Positions 1-10,644 of a stretch of 64,000 bases of DNA are shown here, piece after piece. The stretch lies in assembly GCA_963666285.1 (NCBI GenBank), contig OY762711.1; one strand, given 5' to 3'. Numbering within the stretch: the first letter of the stretch is position 1; each line of letters begins with the position of its first letter. Made by a program: the position numbers and the translations under genes. This stretch comes from Sedimentisphaerales bacterium. Its GTDB lineage: Bacteria > Planctomycetota > Phycisphaerae > Sedimentisphaerales > SM23-30. Under the pieces are notes generated by a model, which was given only the letters and a program-made list of their open reading frames with translations, had not been told where the DNA came from and did no database searches.

Positions 1-1
1 C

Positions 2-3000
2 AGAAAATCTATCGTATCTAAAAATACCTTAAACGAAATGAACGATGTTTTGTCTGCAAACCGAAAATGGAAATTTGAACTCCTCTCTGTCATGTGGGAC
101 AACAGTGAAGCAATGGCAGTCTCAAAAGTGTTTGTAAAAAACAATATTCGAATTGGCAAGGACTATTCCCTGATCTGGCCGTTACGCAAGACAGAAGATG
201 GCCAATGGAAACTGCTCGGCTTCGGCGGCGAAGAAATAGAAGGCATGCAATTTGAAAATGCCAGGTTCATTAAGGATCACCCAAACGCAAAAATGTGGTG
301 TAAAGCACCGTGGAATAATAAGACGGAATTAAATGACAAAAACACATTCAGCGATTTGACAGATAAACAATTCCACAACGTCCAGGCTGGCGAAACTTTA
401 CACGGCATCGCAGAAAAATACTACGGCGATGGAAAATATTGGGAAATGCTGTTCGAAGCCAATAAGCAGACAATAGGAAGTGTCGATCAGTTCAAGGTTG
501 GATTAAAGCTGGTTATACCCGAACTGGATGAAGTGCAGGGCCGGGAAACAAACAAAAACGCATCTAAAAAACTTAAAAAAGGCGTTGTCTATGTTATGGG
601 CAAGGTTCTCAGGCCCGGACCGTATATGATAACCAATGACAGACTCACTCTCAAGCAAATGATTGCTACTGTAGGTGGTCCAAATGGTGTTGACCCAGAT
701 AAAGTGATGGTCAAACTAGAACATCGAAATGAAGATGAAACAGGTGAAATAATAAAAGTTAGTATGACAGAATTATTTGCTGAAAATGGCAAAGACTATC
801 CTTTGCTGGCTGACGACGTGATTTATGTCTATTCCAGTTCGGATAACGATGTTAAACCGTCGGATATATTTTTTACCTCAGACGAACGTGGAATATTGAT
901 TCCAGCGGCTGAGACTAATAAATATAAATTGCTAAATGGTGTCAAAGTAGAACTGCTGGGTGTACTTAACCAATCTAAGCCCGATATGTGCTGGACACCT
1001 GATGGGACAGTGCTTGATGAGATGATGCCGCGATATATTCAGGATGGAACCTATCAGCCCCAAAATGGTAGAGCGGTATTTGAATTTACTGTAAAGCTAA
1101 GTGGTTTACCCGAAGATAACAGTGTAAAGATTAAGGCTTCACCTTATCTTAAAAAAGAATTTTCAGCACTCAGTCCAATATCTGTTGATGGGGAAAATTA
1201 TGACCATTATGCCCTTTGGCAGGTCTTCAACCAGGGGCAGGAAAAATGCGATCTTACTGTTTCTGTAGCTTGCGGCGAATGGAAAACTGTTGGAGTTGGT
1301 AAGTATAATGATTCTGAACATATAGTTATAAAGACCGATGGCAGTGTACGGGACGGCGTCTGGCTGTCGCCTCTGGCAGAAAAGCCGGTAAAAGATATCA
1401 AACCATGGACAAAGTCTCCTGTCCGCACGGTTGTTTCACTAACTCATGGTATAATGGACAAAGATGTTCGACTGATAGCTGTTGGCAAAGACGGTACAAG
1501 ATATCAAAAAGCTATGGTGTCAGGTGCGGCCTCTCTGTCTCAGTCATTTAGTGAGGTTGTTGTAACAACCTGTCAGTTCGACCTGGCAATGAAAGATATC
1601 GATTCGCTCGAGTTGCAAGTTAGACCATATCGAAGTGTAACATTTACCGGTGTTGCGTTAAAGGTAATAGAAAATGAATCAACTGACTCTGGCGAGTATT
1701 TTACTGTCGAGGGTTCTGTTATTGATCGAGAAGGCAATGGCATTCCTGGCGTTACAATACAGATTCGGTCAGAAAGAGATTGCAATGGTGATATTTATTC
1801 TCCAGATATAAAAACAGACAAGAATGGCTGCTATAAGTACGACAAGATTCAATGGCCGTATAAAATTGGAGCTTTGTGGAAAAACTCTAACAAGGATAGT
1901 GTAATATTTTCACGTTTCATCGGTAAAGCCAGGGGTCAATATTTGAATGGTAGTAAGAAAGTTGATTTTCAATTTACTGATCAATTTCCCAAAGGTAACT
2001 GTACCGTTAAGGGGCAGGTAATTAGTTCAGACGATAAACCTGTAAATCGATATAGAATTGATATTAGAAATTTTGTCGACTGGCAGGATAAGACTGCTAA
2101 AGAAATACATCAATATACCTATAAATCTGACATAAATAACAAAGATGGCAGTTTTGAAATTAATGGATTAACAGAAGGTAAATATGAGTTTAGAATTTTC
2201 AATCCGGAATTTGGCGATATGTATAGATTTCCTGAATTACAGATTATTGATCTAAAATCAAATGAAGACTTTAATATCGATATTTCTGCTGAATATATTG
2301 AATCAGGAAAGTTTAAGATTATATATGGTAGATTGGGTGTAAAAGATAAACCGGAAGATTATTTTGACAGGTGGGTGCAAAAGCCATATGTTTCTCTTTA
2401 TAATCCCAATTACCCGGAGACATCGTCTCGTGAGGTAGGTAAATATATTTCCAATGGGTATTTCTATTGTAATTTATCTGAAGCTGAAATTGCTGAATTG
2501 AGAGACAAGGATCTCCATTTAGCCTTATATTTGCCGACAGAAGAAATAAATTATTATAGCAGCTGCAAACCTATACCATTTGATATATTTTCAGAAAACT
2601 CCGAATCGTGTGGTACAGTAATGCTAATTGAAAAGGATTCAGACGCTGGGCTTTCTTATAATATTGATAAGGCTGGTTCAATAATAGATGGTTATAAAGA
2701 CATAAGTTCAATCTCTGGAAGCGGTAGTAAATACATTACCGATATCGGCTATGGCGCATCTGTCGAATTTCTTGGTCTACGCAACTGGAAAACCGGCGAA
2801 TGCTTTGCTATTGATGGTTCACCGATAGCCCCGTTCGATTTCAAGGCTGACTGGACGCCAAAAGATGAAAGGGATTTTGATAATAAAGATTTCTTTGAGC
2901 TGGTAACAAAAGTCAGTGGTGTAGATTCTAATGATCTTGGCCTGATCAAATGGAACTTTGGCGGCATGGTATATTCTTCGAGTGCTAATACAACACCATC

Positions 3001-5512
3001 TTACTTTAAAGATGGTATTCATGTTGGCGCGGTTGCCATGCCGGGCGGCCTGGCAAAGACAAATCTCAGGTTGGGCCTTGCGGTTGAGCCCTGGCATACT
3101 ATTCTATCTGGTATTTACAACGGATACTATGATAATGATAAATATACTGTCCATGTTGATAATAGTAAGTATTCAACTTTTGGCAAGTTGCCGGTTGACC
3201 CCAAAGGACACGCTATACAAGTAACTTACACAGCAACCCGGTGCCAGTTCCGGGTAATTGCTATCGATAACGATGGTAATACGCACTACTCATTTTATAG
3301 CGGCTCTACCGGAAACGATCAGCTGCGGCAGACCATAGCATACTTCAAGGATCTTGATAGGGATGATCTTAAAGAATACCGGTTCCAGGTAAGAGATTAC
3401 AGCTGGGTTGAGGTTGACAATATTGCCTTACAGCCTGGCCGCCAAACGAATATTTCTGTTAAGCTATTGGATGATAGCCCGACGTCTGGAGCTATTATTA
3501 CAAAAAGTAATGTCGCCGATATCGGACTCGATACAAAATTAGTTCTGGCCGGCATAACCGAGTATCCGGTAGAAAGCAAGCAGTGGTGGTCAATGGATGG
3601 TTCACTGCTGAATAATGCAGTTACAGACAGCTGGCCGGGCAATGATGGTCGCTATCCCGAAGATGGTGAATTGTCGCGGGTGTTTGCGTTCAAAGTTGAT
3701 GGCATGCCGGCAGAGGATATTTATCTGGAATGTGAAACTTCTAATGGGTACGGAGCCTCATATTTTCCCAGGTATAATAATAGAGATGAAAATATCTTAA
3801 GTGAGGTTCAGGGCTTTACTATTAAATTCAAAGATACCGAAATAACAACTGATATTACTGTCGGCGTTGGTGTCGGCCCGTGGGTTATTACTTCCAGCGC
3901 CGGTCAGCCTGGAATGAGCGGTTCTACAGCTGACAATATTTTTCGCCGTACGGTACTGCTCGAGAAGCCGACAGAAAGCAATGGAAAGTCAAGGGTAGAG
4001 GTTAAGCATTTGCTCGATAAGGATTATGTATGCCGCATCATCGCCCATGGCAAAGATGGCAAAGTGCATAACCCTGAACATTATCTGAACCTGGATAATG
4101 ATATTCGAACATGTCACGCAACATTTAACATGAAACTCGATGAAATTAGAGGTTTCAGTTTGCAGGCCAGGCTGCGCAGGTATGTAACCTTCAAAAACGT
4201 ATCTCTATTGCCTGGACAACCAGCAGAAGGTAAAGAGCCGGGGCTGGTTGCAAATGCCTCAAAAACAAAGGCAGCGGAAAATAATTCCGGCATAAGCAAA
4301 CTCGAATTCAGGATTGTAGCTGACAGGAAGTTAAGGCTGGATTATGGTAAGCTCAGCCTTGAAATTAAAGTTGATGGGTATATGTGGATGGCGGTAAGTG
4401 ATAAAGCTATATCGATTGGTAACCAGGGTTATATTGTTGACCATGATACCACTTACCTGCTTGTCAGTACCAGGCCAGGTGAAGCAATGGCTGCTGATGG
4501 TTCGTGGGGGCTGAAAAGCTGCAATTTAGATAAAGATCAATTTGGCAAACCGGCAATAAGTGTAGGATTTGACAGCTATGGCAGTGAACAATTCTATGCT
4601 TTGACAAAGAGCAATGTTGACAAGCCGTTGGCAATATGCATAGACGGCAAGATATTTAGTGCGCCTACTATTAGGTCTGCTATTAGAGACCGGGCGATTA
4701 TCACCGGCAGCTTCAGTATCGACAAAGCCAGAGAACTTGCAGCACAGCTCAAAAAGGGCATGCCCCCGGTCAATGAAATACCCTCTGTCGATCCCGATCC
4801 GGCTGGTGCCGCAGATATGATGGCCCCGCTATACGGAATGTTCAGCTCATCTTATGAAGCGATAAGAAATAACAAGCCCGAAACGGCTTTGAAAGTCATC
4901 GAAACGGCTCTGCCGCAGCTGGAGCTGTTCCATGCTAAGCTGAAAGGTTCGAAAGCCGAGGTGCCGATTGGTATGGCTATCGACCAGGTTTGCCAGATTA
5001 TCAAATCACTTAAGGACAATGATATTGAAACCGCCACGGCTCTGATGAATGCGATCAATGAGGCCGGACCGATGCTGGAGGAACTGGTCGAAAACGCCGC
5101 ACTACCGCAAAATGACAAACCGGCAGACAGTAATGAGAGCAGTCATTCATCTGACCAGAAAAATAAACTGCTTAACGGATTCCTCAATATCGGAACTTCA
5201 TGTGACCTGTTCGGTAGGATGCTTTTTGATGAAGGGCTGGATCTGGATAGAGATGTTGACCAGAAAAAGATTACCCTTATGTGTAAACCGATTTTGGAAC
5301 TGCTTCCCCAAATGCAGACGGCAGCAAAAGGGACAGAGTTTGAAGCTGTGACAAACCAGGGAGTGCAGCTGTTCAATCAGTTTTACGATGCTCTTCAAAC
5401 TAAAAATGCCGAACTGGCCGGAAAGAAACTGCTGGAACTGCGAGAGCTCGGCAACAAAAACTCACAAATGTTTATGAAACTGCTCCAGCCGGAAGAAACT
5501 GCTGAACCGTAG
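2..5512 (+). CDS. Very large multidomain extracytoplasmic protein (5'-truncated): LysM + SLBB + 3 copies of an unknown repeat domain + carboxypeptidase-regulatory-like beta-sandwiches + SecD/F P1-head-like domain
   Basis: Frame is open from base 2, so the true start is probably upstream of the window. LysM: HNVQAGETLHGIAEKYYGDGKYWEMLFEAN...LKLVIP (~370-520). SLBB: VYVMGKVLRPGPY...LTLKQMIATVGG (~580-835). SecD-like: DQFGKPAISVGFD...LAICIDGKIFSAPTIRSAI...IITGSFS..ARELA (~4300-4760). Confidence 0.8.
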   Translation, partial: RKSIVSKNTLNEMNDVLSANRKWKFELLSVMWDNSEAMAVSKVFVKNNIRIGKDYSLIWPLRKTEDGQWKLLGFGGEEIEGMQFENARFIKDHPNAKMWCKAPWNNKTELNDKNTFSDLTDKQFHNVQAGETLHGIAEKYYGDGKYWEMLFEANKQTIGSVDQFKVGLKLVIPELDEVQGRETNKNASKKLKKGVVYVMGKVLRPGPYMITNDRLTLKQMIATVGGPNGVDPDKVMVKLEHRNEDETGEIIKVSMTELFAENGKDYPLLADDVIYVYSSSDNDVKPSDIFFTSDERGILIPAAETNKYKLLNGVKVELLGVLNQSKPDMCWTPDGTVLDEMMPRYIQDGTYQPQNGRAVFEFTVKLSGLPEDNSVKIKASPYLKKEFSALSPISVDGENYDHYALWQVFNQGQEKCDLTVSVACGEWKTVGVGKYNDSEHIVIKTDGSVRDGVWLSPLAEKPVKDIKPWTKSPVRTVVSLTHGIMDKDVRLIAVGKDGTRYQKAMVSGAASLSQSFSEVVVTTCQFDLAMKDIDSLELQVRPYRSVTFTGVALKVIENESTDSGEYFTVEGSVIDREGNGIPGVTIQIRSERDCNGDIYSPDIKTDKNGCYKYDKIQWPYKIGALWKNSNKDSVIFSRFIGKARGQYLNGSKKVDFQFTDQFPKGNCTVKGQVISSDDKPVNRYRIDIRNFVDWQDKTAKEIHQYTYKSDINNKDGSFEINGLTEGKYEFRIFNPEFGDMYRFPELQIIDLKSNEDFNIDISAEYIESGKFKIIYGRLGVKDKPEDYFDRWVQKPYVSLYNPNYPETSSREVGKYISNGYFYCNLSEAEIAELRDKDLHLALYLPTEEINYYSSCKPIPFDIFSENSESCGTVMLIEKDSDAGLSYNIDKAGSIIDGYKDISSISGSGSKYITDIGYGASVEFLGLRNWKTGECFAIDGSPIAPFDFKADWTPKDERDFDNKDFFELVTKVSGVDSNDLGLIKWNFGGMVYSSSANTTPSYFKDGIHVGAVAMPGGLAKTNLRLGLAVEPWHTILSGIYNGYYDNDKYTVHVDNSKYSTFGKLPVDPKGHAIQVTYTATRCQFRVIAIDNDGNTHYSFYSGSTGNDQLRQTIAYFKDLDRDDLKEYRFQVRDYSWVEVDNIALQPGRQTNISVKLLDDSPTSGAIITKSNVADIGLDTKLVLAGITEYPVESKQWWSMDGSLLNNAVTDSWPGNDGRYPEDGELSRVFAFKVDGMPAEDIYLECETSNGYGASYFPRYNNRDENILSEVQGFTIKFKDTEITTDITVGVGVGPWVITSSAGQPGMSGSTADNIFRRTVLLEKPTESNGKSRVEVKHLLDKDYVCRIIAHGKDGKVHNPEHYLNLDNDIRTCHATFNMKLDEIRGFSLQARLRRYVTFKNVSLLPGQPAEGKEPGLVANASKTKAAENNSGISKLEFRIVADRKLRLDYGKLSLEIKVDGYMWMAVSDKAISIGNQGYIVDHDTTYLLVSTRPGEAMAADGSWGLKSCNLDKDQFGKPAISVGFDSYGSEQFYALTKSNVDKPLAICIDGKIFSAPTIRSAIRDRAIITGSFSIDKARELAAQLKKGMPPVNEIPSVDPDPAGAADMMAPLYGMFSSSYEAIRNNKPETALKVIETALPQLELFHAKLKGSKAEVPIGMAIDQVCQIIKSLKDNDIETATALMNAINEAGPMLEELVENAALPQNDKPADSNESSHSSDQKNKLLNGFLNIGTSCDLFGRMLFDEGLDLDRDVDQKKITLMCKPILELLPQMQTAAKGTEFEAVTNQGVQLFNQFYDALQTKNAELAGKKLLELRELGNKNSQMFMKLLQPEETAEP

Positions 5513-5541
5513 CTTATTTCTTTTTACTTATATCTTATTAC

Positions 5542-5572
5542 TGTAACCGTGTGAACGGTTACAACATTTTTT
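5542..5572 (+). terminator. Intrinsic terminator-like hairpin
   Basis: TGTAACCGT-gtga-ACGGTTACA followed by a T-rich run, between convergent genes. Confidence 0.6.
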
Positions 5573-5677
5573 ATTTTACACCTTACACATCAGAAGCTGC
5601 TTCGAGGCATTGCCTTGCGTCATATACGTGCCATATGTCCTTTTTGAGATTATACCTAAGGCAAATTTCTGACTATT

Positions 5678-6424
5678 TTATTCTACCGGTATACATGTAG
5701 GATCACTGGAATCTGCATTGCAATCTACCAGCCAGTTAGCTGCCATAAGGGCAAAGTCAACCAGGTCGACACTACAGTCAAAATTGATATCACCAACCAG
5801 GTAATAGCGGCATAGGTTAAATGTGCCAATTGCGCCAACGGCATCAATATCGGCTCCAACTGTGCTTCCTGATGAGTTACCCTCATTATAATCATCTATA
5901 AGCTGAACGGCATCAAATACCAGCTGACCTGGTCCAAAACCTGTAAAAACAGAATCAATATCTATAGATGCTGTCGAACCGTAAACCTTACCTATTTCAT
6001 AGAAACCGTCATTATTGGCATCATATTGTGCACCTAGCAATTGAGCTGTTTCTGCTGTCGGCCTGATTGCAACATATGTATCTTCCACATCAGCACCAAT
6101 CTCAAAAATATGGAGGTCATGGTCTGAGTTGCCACTGTTAATTAGAACATTATTAGTAAAGGCCAACTCGATAAGGCCGCCCCTGCCAAGCGAGGTGCAT
6201 CTGTTTACTGCTAGACCTTCTGGAGCACCAAGTGCCAATTGAGGGTTGGTATTTTCAGTGGGTGCCGGACCACCGTTATATAGTGGTTCAAAACGGATTA
6301 CTTCATCAGCAAAACTTACTGCTCCCTCTGGAAATTCGATACCGCCATAAACGTCAGCCTCAGCAGCTGCAGCAATGAACAGGTTAAAAATACTAATAAT
6401 CGTCAATAACGCAAACTTCTTCAT
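5678..6424 (-). CDS. Secreted protein with C-terminal planctomycete dockerin/EF-hand-like motif
   Basis: Signal peptide MKKFALLTII...AAAEA (start 6424 preferred over 6451; GGAG upstream); C-terminal GDINFDCSVDLVDFALMAANWL. Confidence 0.8.
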   Translation of the reverse strand: MKKFALLTIISIFNLFIAAAAEADVYGGIEFPEGAVSFADEVIRFEPLYNGGPAPTENTNPQLALGAPEGLAVNRCTSLGRGGLIELAFTNNVLINSGNSDHDLHIFEIGADVEDTYVAIRPTAETAQLLGAQYDANNDGFYEIGKVYGSTASIDIDSVFTGFGPGQLVFDAVQLIDDYNEGNSSGSTVGADIDAVGAIGTFNLCRYYLVGDINFDCSVDLVDFALMAANWLVDCNADSSDPTCIPVE

Positions 6425-6943
6425 CTCTCTCTCCATGGTTATAATTAACATTCTTTATTTCTATAGGGCACCTGTATTTTATACCATACCATTATAGTAT
6501 TTTTAACAGTATTTTTATATTTCTATTATTATTTAGCAAAAAGATAAAATAGGTAAACTATTACTTATGTCCTGAACGAACCATTAGCTATAAACCAGTA
6601 CTGCACACCTTCAGCAAGAAATTCTTCCTTATTTTATAGCCACAGGCCACACTTTACGCAAATTACTCAAGGCATTTTGCCATACGCTGGCTGAATTGAT
6701 GCTCAAAATGGAATACTGGCTGACTTTATGTAAAAATATCCAGCCGTAATGAAATTTTACTCCGAATGAATAATCATATTTATCCAAAAACTAATTTATC
6801 AGGAATGACTAAATAATCGTTCCAGAAAATGTCCGGAATATCGGATACCAGATGAAGTGTTTTATAAATAATCACATATGTTGTACTTCAGAAAAAATCG
6901 TGGTAATAAATCACATGCTATATTCAAATTTAGTTCAATAAAC

Positions 6944-9232
6944 CTACTCTATCAGGCCAATTGGTTTTTTATCATTTGCCCAACAAAGCTTGAGATAGAA
7001 CTCTTGCTGGTCGCTCCAGAAAGTTTGTTCCATTTGATTGCCAATTAGATCAAATAACTCTTTAGCTTTAGCTTTATCTTCATATAAGCAAGCATAGTAG
7101 CAAAATGCATTAAGATAATACATGTTATTAGGATATTGTTCAAGTAGATCCTCTATCCCCTGTTTGACTTTTTCATAAGGTAATTTGAAATATTCGATTT
7201 CAGATTTGCCGCAGCAAAGAACTTCTATAGCCAGTTTACCGTACATAGCAGTTTTGAATTTATCTTTTGTTAATTCCATAGCTTTATCCATAAAGTCTCT
7301 GCACCGAGAATAAGAACCATTCCATCTTGGAAACAAGGAAAATAAATGATTGGAATATAGCGGCAAGTAATATTTATTGATCTTGAATGCTTCATTCAGC
7401 ATTGGCTCAAAGTCATATCCGGATGCCATATATGTCGATGCCAGCAAAGCATAATAGTACGGATCATCTGTTAAATGCTTTTTGCCATCTTTGAGTTCAC
7501 TGATTGCATTATTTATATTATTCTTGAATATCGGCCAGGCTTCTTGGGGAACCTCGCTGGCAAACTTGCTCCCACGAGCCTTCCAACCAATATTTTTATA
7601 GCCTTCTGCTGCAAGGATATACGGTGTCACAGAATCAGGTTTAGCATTTTTCCATTCAGCTATGGTATTAAAAAAGAGTTCTTCTGACTTTTTGTTGACA
7701 ATTGCAATTTTTGCTATTGTAACATAATAGCTTTCCAGCATCGAACCTTCGCATACTTTTGCATATTCCTTACATTTTAAACCAGAAGCCATTTTCTCAA
7801 GTTTTTCGAAGTCTTTAATTATAAACGCAATTGTATAAGGAGAATTGCGACCATTCCACCAAAATTCATTTTCGACATTTTCTTTTATATTATTCTTATA
7901 TTGAACATCCACCGCCTTGTTCATTCCTGTACCACAGAAAAAAGTACTATTCGATACGGTGTTGTTCTCTATGGTTCCCTTGACGTTGTAATCAATAAAT
8001 AAACCACACCCTTTACTATTACGAAGCTTATTGTTAGATATTTTAACATCAGAGCACAGTAGCTTGATACCATGATAATTGTTTGTGCATTCATTATCAG
8101 AAATAACATATTTACCATTATAGCAGAATATTGCAGCATATAAGATATTAGTTATCGTATTATTTATCATTACTACGTCACCTGCTGCCATTATCCCATT
8201 TTGCTCACCAATAACAGAAGGTCCACCAGTATTCACAGGCGACGCTATCACGGTATTTGGGTCTTCAAAACCTTCTATGAAATTACTGGTTATCAGGATT
8301 TTCTTTGAGTCTGTTCTTGTAACTATACCATTCGAATTATTAGTCAAAGTGTTATTTCTTATGATAATAGCATCTTTTGGATTCTCACTCATACCATAAA
8401 CATGTATTCCCGTTTCATTGTCAGCTATTTCATTATTCTCAATAACATTGTCTTGCAGGCTTACAACTAAAAATATACCGGCTCTACTATTTTTAAGCAA
8501 TTTGCAGCCTGAAATAAGGCCGGTTGCATTCCCGGATACCCCAATACCATCTACTGTATTAGATATTGTGCAATTCGAAATATTGTAACTTAGTTTGTCT
8601 GGTTTAGGTTTTAGGTCATATGTTATGTTATTCAATTGTATCCCATTAACAAAGCAGCTATCCATGACAACGTCTTTTATTGTAACAGTCCCCCCGTTAG
8701 CATTTATGCCAGGCTGGCCCGTATTGCTAATACTGCAGTCGCTAATTAATACTATACTATCATTAGTTTTGATTCCCCAATGAGATGTGTCGCTTATATT
8801 GCATTTCTTTATAGTAATATTACAGTTCTTGGCATTGATTCCACTGCATTTATTTTCATTGCGATTTCTATCATCTTTGATACTGATATTTTCAATTGTT
8901 ACTTTAGCTCCATTTTGAATTATAATGCAGCCTAATCCCTTTTTGTCATTAGCAGTAAAAATAACTTTATCCGGTGAGCTGCCTTTTAATGTCAGGTCTT
9001 TAGAAATAACGAATCTATTTTTATAAATACCGTCAGCAACCAGAATAGTATCGCCCGGTTCAGCTTTACTGATGGCTGATTGCAGGTTTTTTGCTACAGA
9101 ATAAGTCTTTGGCAAATGTTTTGTTTTTACCGTGGGCACATCTTGGCCTGAGCATATATTGACAACACAACAAAAGCAGCATAAAAATAAAGATATAAAC
9201 ATTCGCTTGACCATAAATTTAACACTCCTCAT
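6944..9232 (-). CDS. Secreted right-handed beta-helix (NosD/pectin-lyase-like repeat) protein fused to a DUF4034-like helical domain
   Basis: LQSAISKAEPGDTILVADGIY cap, many 'I.NN.I.NN..GI' repeats, C-terminal WKARGSKFASEV and PRWNGS motifs. Confidence 0.75.
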   Translation of the reverse strand: MRSVKFMVKRMFISLFLCCFCCVVNICSGQDVPTVKTKHLPKTYSVAKNLQSAISKAEPGDTILVADGIYKNRFVISKDLTLKGSSPDKVIFTANDKKGLGCIIIQNGAKVTIENISIKDDRNRNENKCSGINAKNCNITIKKCNISDTSHWGIKTNDSIVLISDCSISNTGQPGINANGGTVTIKDVVMDSCFVNGIQLNNITYDLKPKPDKLSYNISNCTISNTVDGIGVSGNATGLISGCKLLKNSRAGIFLVVSLQDNVIENNEIADNETGIHVYGMSENPKDAIIIRNNTLTNNSNGIVTRTDSKKILITSNFIEGFEDPNTVIASPVNTGGPSVIGEQNGIMAAGDVVMINNTITNILYAAIFCYNGKYVISDNECTNNYHGIKLLCSDVKISNNKLRNSKGCGLFIDYNVKGTIENNTVSNSTFFCGTGMNKAVDVQYKNNIKENVENEFWWNGRNSPYTIAFIIKDFEKLEKMASGLKCKEYAKVCEGSMLESYYVTIAKIAIVNKKSEELFFNTIAEWKNAKPDSVTPYILAAEGYKNIGWKARGSKFASEVPQEAWPIFKNNINNAISELKDGKKHLTDDPYYYALLASTYMASGYDFEPMLNEAFKINKYYLPLYSNHLFSLFPRWNGSYSRCRDFMDKAMELTKDKFKTAMYGKLAIEVLCCGKSEIEYFKLPYEKVKQGIEDLLEQYPNNMYYLNAFCYYACLYEDKAKAKELFDLIGNQMEQTFWSDQQEFYLKLCWANDKKPIGLIE

Positions 9233-9449
9233 AAAAGATTTATTTTATTGACTCTAACTGACTGATCTTATACTTTACTTTATTATAACAAATTATAATC
9301 CAATCTGTTATATTAATAATTAATATTCGTTGCCATCCCCGGCATTCCTTATCTTATTTCTTATTACTTTTTTCGGCGGAGCAATTTAAAACAAACACTG
9401 AGCCTTCAGGCAAACACCTAAGCTGCCGCAATCTCAATTAATCTCCAAA

Positions 9450-9472
9450 GTAGCACAAGCGTCCCGCTTGTG
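9450..9472 (+). repeat. GTAG-type REP-like palindrome
   Basis: GTAG + CACAAGCG-tcc-CGCTTGTG perfect 8-bp stem. Confidence 0.6.
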
Positions 9473-9499
9473 AATAAAACAAGCTCGCGCAGCCACCCT

Positions 9500-10356
9500 T
9501 AACTCTTCCATTTTACCTTTTCCCTCTCACCTGTGTCTTGGCACTCAACCATTACCCATATCCTGAACGAACCATTACCAAACTCTCACTCCTCGCTTCT
9601 TTCTTCTAACTCTTCTCATCCTTCAGGTGCAAACATTTTTGATAAAAACTCTACATATGCGTAAGCTTTAAAATAAGTTGTGAGCAATAGCGAATTATTC
9701 CTGATGTCAACGTACATCAGGACACATCCTTTACACTTTTTATTTTACCCTTTACACTTTGATGCCGCTCCGCGGCATCTGGTCTGCCCAATTCTCAAAA
9801 CAAACGACTTACGACAAATTCCAAAAAATTCGCTTCACGCCGCAACTCTTCCCGACCCACTAGTGAATTATCGTTAACCCACCCCACCTATGCGTCAGCA
9901 TATAAAATTAGCTCCGCCGCTAGGCGACACCTTCACATCATTGGACTTGTCCAATGATGTGCCCCAGTGCGCAGCACGTATTTCCTGACACTGGCTACTG
10001 GCCGCTCGCCGCTGATTCCCTGTTCTATTATCATCTGTTCTATTTTAAAACAAGCCGTGAGCCGCCAGGCGAACACCTTAATTTTTCACTTTTAATTATT
10101 AATTTTTCATTTAGCGTAGCTCGTCCCGCTTCCGCTTCGTTCCCGTCCGTATACCGCCGCACCCATTCAACGTTCCGCCGTATACTGTCCGCGGCCCGCA
10201 ATTCGCCGCCGTTAAAATCCGTACCCCTTTTAATCGCCGTCCCACCGCCGCGCTGCTTCGTATATATGCCGCACTCCCTCCGTCACCCATCAATTAGCCG
10301 CGAGCGGTAGCGAGCAACCTTCCCTGGCACCTGAAACCTGATCCCTGGCCACTGAT
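9500..10356. repeat. Cluster of degenerate 7-bp tandem repeat tracts
   Basis: e.g. ttacact/ttttatt/ttaccct/ttacact (9731), cactggc/tactggc/cgctcgc (9989), cactttt/aattatt/aattttt (10087), tccctgg/cacctga/aacctga/tccctgg/ccactga (10321). Confidence 0.6.
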
Positions 10357-10644
10357 TTTCTCGAAAAAATCACCGCGTTTTTACAACCACCAAATCGCGA
10401 AAATGTAAAATTTCCAACAATTTTATCCCGTTTACCCCCAACACCTTACAAACTTCCAAACCAACCATCCCGCCCAAAAAATCAGCGCACTTTTGACATA
10501 CCGTCCAATTGTAGAGAGCCGACAAAAAATGATTACCAGCAAAAATACAGCTCTCTCTAAAACATAACAACGACGAAAACTTCGTCTTTAATATAAACAA
10601 CGCTCAATAAAAACCGAATATTTCCTTCACGCCTCGGCAGCAAT

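Noticed and set aside
4300..4760. secD gene
   Set aside because: Only a P1-head-like segment without the SecD transmembrane domain, embedded in a larger protein.
9680..10600. Short ORFs (9680-9877, 9954-10310, 10111-10293, 10370-10600)
   Set aside because: They run through heptamer and low-complexity tracts and show no protein-like motifs or clear RBS.
9240..10640. Possible CRISPR array
   Set aside because: No conserved 23-47 bp repeat with regular unique spacers, and no cas genes in the window.
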